This document shows, in pieces, positions 50,221-61,394 of a DNA stretch of 64,000 nucleotides. A program made the position numbers and the translations under genes. The stretch is from positions 27,964,001 to 28,028,000 of the forward strand of contig NC_045696.1 in NCBI RefSeq assembly GCF_009834535.1, given 5' to 3'. The notes beneath the pieces are model-generated. The model was given only the letters and a program-made list of their open reading frames with translations, had not been told where the DNA came from and searched no databases. This DNA comes from Camelus ferus (Eukaryota). Positions within the stretch are counted from its first letter, which is position 1, and each line of letters opens with the position of its first letter.

Positions 50221-53200
50221 CTATATCTCACTCCTTTCCTAAAATTGGAGTTTTATTGTGAACTGACCTTACAAAAGGTAATAAACCAAACAAATGTTAA
50301 GGATAATATCCTTTTCCTAAACAGGAAATATTTCATCACATAGAGTTTAATTACTATCATCACAATAGAATAATATATTCCAAGACAAAAAAAAAATTGG
50401 CATCACACTGAAGAAAGAGAAATAAACAAAAGACTGGGAACTTACAGAAAAAACCTGGCGTTAGACATTCACCTCAGAACTAAATGGTCCTAAACTATAA
50501 ACAGTACCATAAAAACAAAATACACAGTGCAGGATTTTAGTCCAAGCCTTCCAAAGTTTTCCTTAGAAAATAAGATATGCCTTTCCTCAATAATGCAAAA
50601 AGCAGATCTTCTAAGGATAAACTGCCCATTATTTAGGCAAAGAAAGAAAAAAGGAAAGAAATCCTGATGGAAAGGGACTGAAAGCTGCTGTTTGTATCAA
50701 GCACCATGAATCAACCCTAGCCCGACCTTCACATGGAATATTTAATATCTAGCAGAGGATCTGGGCTTTGAACATCAAAATCTCATTTCAGATTACTGAT
50801 CTGTGAAATTCTAGGAGACATCAGAAAATCCCATGGAAGATAACAAATAACCAAAAGGAAATATCAGCAAACAAATCAACACTGTATTTAATGGAGCATA
50901 CGAAACCGTTTTTGGAGAGTTCTGACTGATCTGTGGAATTTTAGGTCTCACATTTTATAAGGAGATACTTTAAAATGTAATAAAATATTGTATACTCTAC
51001 CACAGAAATGACTTAAAGTAACTAGAATATGTAAAACTCCATCTACATATCCATAAACAAATATAAGTATTTTAATGTATTTTCCTCAGGAGAAATAATA
51101 AGGCTCCACCATCTTTTAAATAAAATAATCTTTAAGTTACAGGGAACATCAACAGAGAAAAAAACATTGCACTAAAAATGAATATCAGGAACGCAAACCA
51201 TACCTTCAGTTACAGGAAAAGTAATTAAATTACTCTTCTCACACAAGCCCCCCGCGTCCCACCTTCTCATAAAATCACGAGACTCACTACATAACTGAGA
51301 AGTAATTCCATTCATAATGACATCTTTATAGAATGATTAAGTCATTTTTTGACCTACAAAAGCCAAGGAGAATGTTGCCTTGTCAGAGTCAGCATTTACA
51401 CTGAAGAAAATTTAATAAGAATAACCTGAAATAACCATGGTAAAGAAGAGAAATCCCATTCTCTGGGCCTAAGATTGCTTATGCTTGGGTTTAGCCGTTT
51501 GTCAACTTATATAGAGTAGTGATTTTTAAAGATAGAATTAATTATTTCATTTACATGAAATTCAGTAGCAAATTGGGATACCTCTCTGGCAAAATTATGT
51601 TGCTAAAAGGGCCCAAAGTGACGAGTTTTTGAATGCAGGTATTTTAGAAGCTTGAGGAGAAAACAGTCCTGCCTAGCACATGGTAGATATAAGGCTCACT
51701 GAGAACTGCTTCTGTTTTCCCTGATGAACGCCACTGAGATCAAAGCCTTTTTGTTCTCTAGGCCACGACCTTTAGCCACCACCTCTCATCATGATGCTAT
51801 GCATCGCCCCTTGTTTTTGGGACAGTGGCGCCCATAGGGAAGTGGGACTGGTGGGTATGGGTGGGAGACGGAGAGAAAGGTGAGCCTTCTAGGATGGGAG
51901 CTGGGGCAGACAGGAACACGGAAGGAGGCAGGTCAAGGCTGATGACTGAGTTGAGAAAGAGAGAGCTTTTTTGGAGAGGAGAGGAAGGGAACAGAGCTCA
52001 TCACTTATTTGTGGTCTCAATTCCCAAAAAAGCACATTTAACTCAGATCTATGAGGGGGGGTGTGGTGGAGGGGTCAGACGAGTTCCTCTGATATTCTTA
52101 CAGCATGGTATAGTCTGCTCCTTTCAAGGTGTTTCTTGAAGAATTCAGAAAAAGCAGAAGTATGTTCAAGCTGTGACAGCAAAGTGGTGGACATGACTGA
52201 CCTGTTAAAAGTTCAATTTAGCCAATATGTGTGTTACCTCTTCTGTTTTTTAATGCTTTGGGCTGGGATCCAGTGTTTCGTTTGTTGGGGTTCACACACC
52301 CTCTGTTGTCTTATACTTAATCCTCTTCAAAAGGGCATGAAGGCATCTGAATTTTCCATCCCTTTTCCAGAGCACTGGACACAGAGTCTAGTGTTAGAGG
52401 GATTAATGCCCGATACCCCATTATCACTGGAAAACCTTCAATCTATTGGTGTGTGTGTCTGTGTGCGTGTTTACGAACCTGTAAGGATTTCCATGTTATG
52501 TTGGCTGTTTGGTCCCTAGAAATATGTAATACTCAGCACTAAAGAATGAGAAATGACATTTTTGGCTTAATCTGTATATTCAGCAAATTCATACACAGAG
52601 GCTAAAATGTACACACTTAAAATATACACTTAATATTTTGAACTACTCATTGAACTTTTATAGACTGTAAAGGAACATGCTTTTGTTCTTAAAGTTCCTT
52701 TTCTCTATATCAAAAGTGTTTCATTATTAAGCCAATTTTTAAAGCTATGTGATCACATTCTTAACTGCATTTTCTCATCTCACCATGGTAGAGAAACGTT
52801 TCTGTAGGATTCATATAAATCCTTGGCCACAGTCGTACTATTCCTTCCTGAGTATTTTTGATCACAAAAGCGGTTCACTCTACTAAATGTGAATTTTTCT
52901 AAGCCTTGTTTTCTCACTTCCCCTTCCAAACAGACCCTGGAGATGGGATCCTTCGTGGCTCACGGCAGCATGCATGCAGTCAACACAAGAGCCTGAAAAA
53001 CAGCCCAGCGCAGTCTTCTCCCCATGCCTCCTCATGTATTATTAAAGCCAGCAAAGCTTCCTGGATTGCTGAACAAAGATGACCATCCTCCACCAATGAA
53101 TTCAATCTGCAGGCTTCTGAATGTTCGCCAGTGCTCTGTGTTGCCTGCACATGGCAGATATAATTGGCAAACTGAATGAAGAATTTCCTATTCTTACTAG

Positions 53201-54759
53201 GCAGTATTCCAGATAGAAGATAAGAAAGCCTGAATAGCTAAGCTGGCATGTGAAAGGGGCTCTGTTTTTCATGTAACACGTATTATGAAGATGCAAATTT
53301 CCTCTCAACCTCATCGCACAGAAGCAACGTTTGTGGCTGCTCAGCAGACATTCCTTTAGCGGTTAGCAATTTGTGTCCCCAGGGTCTTCTTTGTCAATAT
53401 TTTCCAACTCTGTTTTGAAGAAATATAATAACGTCTTCTCAGAATTCCCTATAGATGTATATTGATGGATATTTATAAATCATATCCTCAGTGTTGTATT
53501 ATCGGTCTATTCAAAATGCCATATCCAAGGATCTGTCCTGCTCCATGCTCATTTCACTGAAACTGAGGTTAGCGAAAATCAAGGTAGCCGTTAGTTCAGA
53601 CCCACATTTTGATTAGGTAACATCCCATAAAAAAGAGTCATTAAATATCTAAGCATCATTCTGGCCAGTCGGTATGGAGCCATTTTTTAAAAGTACCTGG
53701 TTGATGTGTTCACATGTGTTCAAGTACGTTATTTTGTAATTTTGTTCCTATCAGTATATTTCCTTCATTAAGTCATACATGCTGTGCACATATCCTCTAA
53801 AAAACTCATTAAGCCTTTTACAGGGAAAAGAAAATATCCTTGTCCCATATTTGGCTTTCACTGTCTAATTTCTTCCCTTGGTGTTACCAGATATTTGGTT
53901 TTCCTTCTAGAAGTGGTCAATGTGTATAAAGAAAAAAAAATGGTCATAATTATAGGGCCCTATGCACAGTTTCTATACCTTACTTTTTCACCATAACCAC
54001 TTTTGAAACCTGATAATTCACAATCAAGCTGAAACTACATTTACTATTAGCATAACTGCTAAATTTTAATTTGTATATTTGATTAAAAGCAAACATAAAT
54101 AGGAATACAGTGGACACAGAAATGCTATTCTTGCATTCTTGAACTCGCTGCTCATTCAAGACGACAGGTGCTGAGTGCCAGCTACTGCAGAGCATTCTGC
54201 TAAACCTTCAGCTAATGCCCAGTTCCACAGGTCACCCCTGCCATCTAGGACCTTGCAGCCATGGGAGAGATGCCAGCTTGCCATTAGCCCAGCACATTTC
54301 CCTTCAGGTCATCTGGTTGCCCACCCCTCACCCTCTCTTTCCCGGTATGAGTCTGTGTTTCCTCTTTCTGTCTCCCTGAGCACGTTCCTTTCTCATCCTT
54401 GATCTGGCTCTGTACCCACAGCTAGGTGTTTCCGCTCTCCTTTGTCTCCATCTCTCTTCATTTATCTTCAGAATCACATATCTCCCCATCTGTCCTCTTT
54501 TCTGTGTTCCCGCTGTCTGTCCAGCTTTCTATGTCTGCACTTCTTCTCTGCCTGCCTCTTCATTTTCTTTGTAAGTGAATATTCATTTGCTGGGCATACG
54601 CCTGCGCCCCCTTCACCTGGCTCACTGCTACCTACACTTCAAGCCTTGGCATAAATGCTACTTTCAGAAAGCGATCCCCCTTAACCAGATTAAATCGTTT
54701 TTTACATCTAATTTCACTCTTTCATTCTTTCTTCAAGGTCTAATCTCACCTGCAATTAT

Positions 54760-55460
54760 GTTTTTAAATGTATTTTTCAAATTTTTGCAAGAAAACACAT
54801 AATGTTAAAAGACAATAATAAATAATTCAGTGGAAAGTCTCCCAAATACCCCTGTTCCCCTCCAGCCAAATCTCCACACAGTGCTTCCCAGCACTGTGAT
54901 CCACGCACAGGTTACTGTTTAGTTTAGTTACTTTTGAACTTTTGCATAGTCCTTTTGTGTCTATATAAACAAACATGAGATTCCCTTTTTTATTATATAC
55001 AATATATCAGTAGCTTATACATACCACTGTGCACTATACTTTTTCTCATAATGTGTTCTGGAGATCTCTCAATATTAGTAAATAGAGAGCTTAGTCATTT
55101 TTTTCCTTAAAGATGCATTCTATACAATTGTCTGTATGTATCATAGATTGATTTCACTGCCTACTGATGGATATTCATTTGTGTCCGATACAAAGAAGTT
55201 AATAATCTTGAGTGCCCACTGTTTCACATATGTGTGAGTTTAGGCTAAATTTCTCAAAGTGCAGATGCCTGATAAAAGATTATGTGCATTTTTCATAAGA
55301 AAAATATCCCACTATTGCCTTAAATGGAAGCTATAACAAATTTACACTCTCATGAGCAATATAAAGAGAAGCTGTTTCTCCAGTTTTGTCAAGAGAATAC
55401 ATAAGCAAACTTAAAAAAATCTGTCGGTCCAGTGAGTGAAAAACTGCATCACAGTGTATT
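54760..55460 (-). mobile_element. Old L1ME-type 3' fragment
   Basis: ttttctcataatgtgttctggagatctctcaatattagtaaatagaga...cctactgatggatattc...aaatttacactctcatgagcaatata. Confidence 0.6.
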
Positions 55461-55509
55461 ATCCATTCTCTCTGAGGTACCATGAGACCCTCTCGCTCTC
55501 TCGAGCTCC

Positions 55510-56250
55510 TTCTGTTAGTCTGAAAACAGGCTCAGTCTTTTCCTGCTTTAAACAAAGGAAGCTATTTTCCTGACTTCATTTCTCCACCTAGTTATCACTT
55601 TTTCTCATTTTCCTTCACTTCTTTTCAACCAGTCATTCTTGAGTCCATTTGAATCTAACTAGTGTTCTGATCGCTCTACTGTTAATGCTCATTTAAAGGT
55701 TATCAGGAACTCCCTAATTTCCAAATCTATGGAGGACCTTCTGTCCTTATCTCACGTGATTTTGGGGGGAATGTTTGATACCGACCATCATGCTCTCTCT
55801 CCCTTCTAAAAATTCTTAACATTGATTTTTGGGGAAAAAATCTTCTGATTGTTCTATAAACACTTTGGTTGCTCTGTGTCAATCCTTTGATAGGCTTTTA
55901 TTTAAATCCATTCACCTTTTTTTTTCTTTTAACATTTTTTATTGATTTATAATCATTTTACAATGTTGTGTCAAATTCCAGTGTTCAGCACAATTTTTCA
56001 GTTATTCATGGACATATACACACTCATTGTCACATTTTTTTCTCTGTGAGTTATCATAACATTTTGTGTATATTTCCCTGTGCCATTCACCTTTTAAGAT
56101 TAGTAGACCCTAGGATTTAGTCTTTGCTCTCGCCTTACTTTAGAATCCCCCCTGGTCCATCTCCTTTATACTCATGGTTTCCAGTGCCCTAATCTGATAA
56201 CATCATTAGCCCGAAATCTTTACCTCCAGCCCACCTTTGCATCTGCTTAC
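55510..56250 (+). mobile_element. L2 reverse-transcriptase-region relic, interrupted by a young L1 fragment
   Basis: ctctactgttaatgctcatttaaaggttatcaggaactcc...tccttatctcacgtgat...gtttgataccgaccatca corresponds to the decayed STETALxKVxND...DLSAAFDTVDH region. Confidence 0.6.
55921..56082 (-). mobile_element. Young lineage-specific L1 3' fragment with perfect 13-bp TSD
   Basis: TSD ccattcacctttt at 55908-55920 and 56083-56095, followed by aa (TTTT/AA endonuclease site). Body tttattgatttataatcattttacaatgttgtgtcaaattccagtg...tatttccctgtg. Confidence 0.9.
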
Positions 56251-57159
56251 ACACTACTCTGGGAGTTTGTATACTAGAGAAGGACATGAGGTGCAAAATA
56301 TTATGTTAAAATTTTCAGTTACAGACTTGTTATGAAAAAATAGCTTGTATAAATAATTAATAATAAGTAATACTTAAGGAGTGCTTGGCTCATGGCAAGG
56401 ACTAAAGTATGAATTGTAGACGCTTTGTTATTACACTATGAAATACGTTCCATATAAGAGCCTCATTTAAGCCTTCAATTGTTGAGAAATGAATGAAGAA
56501 ATGATGATTGAATGAATATTTACTATTCTAGGGAGGGATCATTTAATCTCTTCCAGAAAGCTGAAAACATGATCTGGAAATGTTGAAAATATATGTTGAA
56601 AAGATCTCTCAGGATTTGTTGAACTGGTTGGCTTGGGGAGCCACCTGGTGGTAAGAGAATACGTGAGGAAAGGGGAAGCTTGCACACGTGAGTGGTGTGC
56701 AGCTTCCCCTGGAACAGTCAGGGCCAGGACTGTCAGATCTCACACAGGACTCTACTCTTAGAACTCTGCAGTCCCTGCTTACTTGATTTTCTGTATATAT
56801 TTTCAGAAAAAACATTTATTTTCCTATGGGTTTATTTAAGTTACCAACCTGGCAGTAGATACTCAGAACTGGGAGAAGAAATGCATGGGAGTGAGGTACG
56901 TAAAAAACAAAACAAAACAAAATGATTCAGCTTATCCCATCAGAGGGTTGGAAATGGTGGCAATAACGGCTCAAGTTGCTGCTACTAGCCTACTTCCCTT
57001 CCTTTTTTTCCATTTTTCTATTGTCCAATGAGGCCTCAGAGTTAACTATTGCATAAACATATGCATGCCAGAAATAGGTACAGAAGTGTCTATTAAAAAC
57101 AAACAAACAGTGGGCAGAAGACCCAAGAGGATTGCTTTTAAGATTTGGGAATGAAGGGC

Positions 57160-57740
57160 TAATAAGTGAACAAATAAAGGACCTATTGCTATATTATCCT
57201 AAGATCAAAAAAAAATCTCCAAATCTCAGTGGTTCTTAATAGTATATATTTCTCACTCACGTGACATGTGGATGGTGGCTGGTTAGATGTAGGTTTACTT
57301 TGTTCCAGAATAGAATGCTTCTCAATATAGAACTCAGACTGAAGGAGCAGCTCCAGTGTGAGATGTGCTATTCTTGGGGCAAGGGAAAAGATCAAGAGAT
57401 CTCAAAGAAACTCTCACTGGCTCTAAAAGCCTTTTCTCAGAGCCAGCACTGGTGTCATTCTCTCACATGTCATTGGATGAAGCACTTCGCACAGTCAAGC
57501 CTGATACGGATGGAGATGGAAATATACTCTCATTTAAGAAGTGGGTGTATACTAAGTGTAACATAATTTATTGTCCAAAGTAGGACAATGTTGAGAGTGA
57601 ACGTGTTTTTCTATAATTAAGCCAAGACAACAGGTGAACATTGGGATTGTCCTGGCAAACTGGGATGTATCATCTCCTTCTTATAATCCTCTTACAGGGG
57701 ATAAATGAGCAGATAATGGGGAATTATCGAGTTGATCACA
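57160..57740 (-). mobile_element. MaLR LTR, MLT1K-like, interrupted by MER94
   Basis: ccaaatctcagtgg...atttctcactcacgtgacatgt...gaactcagactgaaggagcagctcc...ggctctaaaagc...tctctcacatgtcattgg...gtcaagcctga. Confidence 0.65.
57553..57680 (+). mobile_element. MER94 hAT-Blackjack element
   Basis: cataatttattgtccaaagtaggacaatgttgagagtgaa...ataattaagccaagacaacaggtgaacattgggattgtcctggcaaactgggatgtat. Confidence 0.75.
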
Positions 57741-58239
57741 AGCTTCCATGAAAAGACTGGGCATTTACACATGGATACATAGACATACTGAGGGAAGGAA
57801 GGAAAACAGGCAGGAAGAAAGGCTAGATCCACTGCATCAGGAAGTTAGATGTTAGCCTTAGGCTGTGAGCTCCTTCCTGAGCTAGAGGTCAAGACGAAGA
57901 GAAATGAACCAAGCGTAGTGCGATATAAACGTCCTGTTTCTCAAAAGGTAAGCAATGGTAAGAAAAGGAGAGTCCGGGTGCCATTTCTTTGGCCTCAGAG
58001 ATCAAAGCACATCCCTGGGTCCCATGGCCTTAGTGGGAGTAGAGAGGACAAGAGGGTACAGAGTATCTGGTTTTGTCAGTTCAGCAAATGGCAAGTGTTT
58101 AATATGTAAAACAAAAAAGTTTATTCAATTATATTCGCAGGTGACAGAAGTTGGAGTCATTTACAATTAGAAAGATTGAAGGATTAAGATAAACAGAAAA
58201 AAAACAAAACTCCACAAATCTTATAGGTTTAGGGTTTTT

Positions 58240-58440
58240 TTGAATGTAATTTAATTTTTTTAACATTTTTTACTGATTTATAATCATTTTATAATGTTGT
58301 GTCAAATTCCAGTGTAGAGCACAATTTTTCAGTTATACATGAACATATATATGCTCATTGTCACATTTTTTTCTATGTGAGCTCCCATAAGATTTTGTAT
58401 ATATTTCCCTGTGCTATACAGTATAATCTTGTTTATCTAT
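58240..58440 (-). mobile_element. Lineage-specific L1 3' fragment, same family as 55921-56082, with decayed TSD
   Basis: Highly similar body (taacatttttta.tgatttataatcatttta.aatgttgtgtcaaattccagtgt...). Flanks are taggtttagggttttt (58224-58239) and tgggtttaggttattt (58441-58456). Confidence 0.85.
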
Positions 58441-58914
58441 TGGGTTTAGGTTATTTTTTATAAATTAGGAATTCAAAATACAATAGAGATTAATTATCTA
58501 GATGATATACAGATTGATATGGAATAGAAGGGTGATTAGAGCCCAAGAGGGAAAATCAATTAGCCAACAAATGAATGAGAAGTTAACATATTCCTATTGC
58601 TAAAACTTGATTCTAATGAAATTAATGTTTCTTGGCTCAGACACAGCTTCAAAGCACGAAATTAAAAGCAATCCTAAGCCACCTAAAAAGGATCTTTTGT
58701 GACAAAAAATACTTTTGAGGAAGAAGCTTAAAATCAATTTTTTAATCATTTAGGGTGTAGGGCAAAAATACTCAATTTAAAGAAGAGACAATCAGTTAAT
58801 AAAGTTCTCTAGACTGCAATTCACAGTGTTAAAGAAAGAATATGCATTTCAGATATTGTCTAGACAAGAGCTCTTGCCACTGAATGAAGTAAACTTTGAT
58901 TTTAATGCTACTGC

Positions 58915-58949
<35 letters not shown>

Positions 58950-60022
58950 GACCCCATTCAAAGAGCAAGCCTAAGCAAGTGGTTGTCTTGGGAAAGCATC
59001 ACCCTGCTCTCAATTGCTCATTTACTAATTGCAGTGTTTAATGATACTAGTTTTCTATCCTTAAATGTGTCCCAGGAACATACAATTTAATTTTTTTGGT
59101 CTTTTTTTTTTCCTGTAATTCAAAGAAAGCATTATAGTGCCTTAAATATCTACATATTTATACAGAAAATATATTTTAATATGGTGTTCTTAGTGTTTTC
59201 TATTTATAAAATATTGGACATTATTTCCTGAGGTAAAGAACATTTATTCGAAAATTGTTGGTATAATAAGTTTGCTGTTTTAACCACAAGGTGGCAGAAG
59301 AAGCTAGGCGCTCCATGTGCCTTTTCCAAATTGCTCAAGTAACTTCGGGCACCTTGTTTTATCAAAGTCAGATGAAAGATGCTGAAATAAATGTTCACTG
59401 TGCCTTGGTTGACCTGGACACATGGGTAAGACAAGTAACTATATAAGTAACAGCTTTTGAAAGAAGTTAAAACAACTGAACACTCATATCCTCAAGACAA
59501 ACCCAGTTCAAAAGGTATTTTAAACTTTGTTTCTAGTAAACATTTGATTGGTGTCAAACAAACACTTTCTCTTAGCAAGTTTTTTTTTTTTCTGACACTG
59601 TGGTCACATTTTGCCTCCTGCATTGTGGACCCAGGGTCTTTTCTCTCCCACAGACTGTTCCTGAGACCACACAGAAGATGCCTGGGGAGGTGCCCTTGAA
59701 AGATGTCTTGAACATCTGTGCCCAGAGAGAGAAGCGATCACTTTCCTTCCTCCTCCTACCCAACACTATTGTTTGTGGGAACATGAAAGATACACTTCTC
59801 TTTGGAAACGAATCCAAAGGAAGTTACATAGTCACCCTAGAGTAATAAAATAAATTATAATTTATCATAACCTCCATATGGCCCAATATATGAAGTTAAC
59901 AACAGCAACAAAACAGTCAAGATGTCATCTGCTGGCATATTTCAGTTCATATGAGGCAATGTTACTCTGAAGAAATCATAAATGAATCATTGTTTTGGTG
60001 TAATAAATGCTGATTTCTATAT

Positions 60023-60028
60023 TTTAAT
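60023..60028 (-). terminator. Candidate polyadenylation signal ATTAAA for the minus-strand gene (alternative: AATAAA at 59243-59248)
   Basis: tttaat on + strand about 125 nt past the stop codon. Such hexamers are common in AT-rich DNA. Confidence 0.25.
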
Positions 60029-60150
60029 GACTTGCTGGTAATTGTATTACTAGAAGAAAATCCAAAGTTCTGCAAATGGCATTTAAGCCCCTTTACTATC
60101 TGCTGTCCTTCTGCAATAGTTCTCTGTTTAACTAAATAGACCCTGGCCTT

Positions 60151-60382
60151 TTACACCACTGTCTCCCCCGAGACTGTTACTTCTTGGAATGTCCTCTCTT
60201 CCTGCAACAGGCCCGTTGCCATTTCTCCTTCAAGAAATGACTCAGAGATCATTTCTCTGAAATCTCTCCTGAATTCTGCTCTGAAAGCAGAAGTAATAGT
60301 TTCCTCTTCTGAAATCTTAGCATCATTGTTTCTGGTTTCATCATGATGATCATTTAATTCTACTTGCTTTGTACATTGATGT
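60151..60382 (-). CDS. Terminal coding exon of an unidentified protein-coding gene (HQCTKQVELNDHHDETRNNDAKISEEETITSAFRAEFRRDFREMISESFLEGEMATGLLQEERTFQEVTVSGETVV*)
   Basis: Minus-strand acceptor tttcctctccttgggtag at 60383-60400. One leading base, then 76 open codons to TAA (60151-60153). The acidic/helical composition is protein-like, the sequence is not repeat-derived, and the phase matches the upstream 66-nt exon. Confidence 0.7.
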
Positions 60383-61328
60383 CTACCCAAGGAGAGGAAA
60401 CTTATTTCATCATCTCTATGTCTCATGCCTACTGGGGAGCTTTAAACAGAAGGGGAATGTGATGAGCCTCTGGGGAAGGAATGAAGGAGTCAAGAACACC
60501 TATAACTTCATGCAGCAATGGAGGGTAATGCATCTCTACATTACCATTTCTATTTGAGGATGACTTGTATATTCAAAGAAGAGTATGCTTTTAGAGTTTG
60601 TCTTCAGTTGATTTATTTTTACATTAAATTCAGAAAAAAATCTTCAAATTTTGTTTAAGTTGTAGAGCACAAACTTTTGTGCCATTATCCTTCAATTCCT
60701 CACATTATTTGAAGTCATACATATAAGACAATTCAGCATATTAAAACTGGAATCTAAATAACATACCCTTTGGTGTCTGTTGCTCCTAAGTACAAACCGT
60801 TAGTATTTCCTTAATATTTCGAGTAAACAAACACCTGTTAAATACACACAATGATAAAGGCAACGTGACAGGTGCACCTCATACCAAATAAATAACATTT
60901 TATACTTATCCTTTGGAAGTAGACCTGAAATGGTTCTAAAAACAAATGACTTGATGGTTATTTGTGTCTTTAGAACAAGCTCAGCTTCACCCTAATGAGG
61001 TCATAATGAGGGGTTTCACAGAAGTCAACTAAGCACTATATTTATCCCAAACAAAATGGTAGGCGTTGATTGACTTCTCAATCCTTTAGTCAAAAAAACA
61101 AGTCACAATGACACTCACTTTAAGATAACTGAAAATATAGACCTTGAATTTTTCATGCAAAAAAGTGCCTAGGAAAAGAGATTCCACCAAGAGAATGTCA
61201 GAACACGGACTATACAATCAGAAAACCACTTAGCATTTCAGAACCATGGGGTAGACTCTGTTGTCCAGGAAAACTATGACTCTCATAAACTTATTCCTGT
61301 ATTTAAGGAAACATTGCTTGTTATTTAC

Positions 61329-61394
61329 ATTTCTGGAGGGGATTTAACATTTTTGACAAGGTAATCTACACCATCAATGGCATCAGTTACTTGC
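61329..61394 (-). CDS. Penultimate coding exon of the same gene (G+QVTDAIDGVDYLVKNVKSPPE+AT)
   Basis: Acceptor ...aactcttttcag| and donor AT|gtaaat. The exon is 66 nt, phase 2-2 and open; AT joins the A at 60382 to make Ile, in frame with the terminal exon. The donor is weak. Confidence 0.6.

Noticed and set aside
8313..57740. Paired LTRs flanking an intact endogenous retrovirus
   Set aside because: The MLT1 copies belong to different subfamilies, and no gag/pol or MaLR internal sequence was recognised between them.
8313..58440. Strand bias of repeats as evidence of a host transcript
   Set aside because: The L1 3' pieces are mostly minus (6 of 7) while the MLT1 LTRs are mostly plus (5 of 6). 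These imply opposite directions, and the counts are too small.
351..59845. Short ORFs in the supplied track as genes
   Set aside because: All are 60-152 aa, many have non-ATG starts, many overlap microsatellites or transposon relics, and none resembles a protein I recognise.
60906..60924. Micro-exon between the two coding exons (catttcag|GTCTACTTCCAAAGGATAA|gtataa)
   Set aside because: It has an in-frame stop, a poor donor and an incompatible length.
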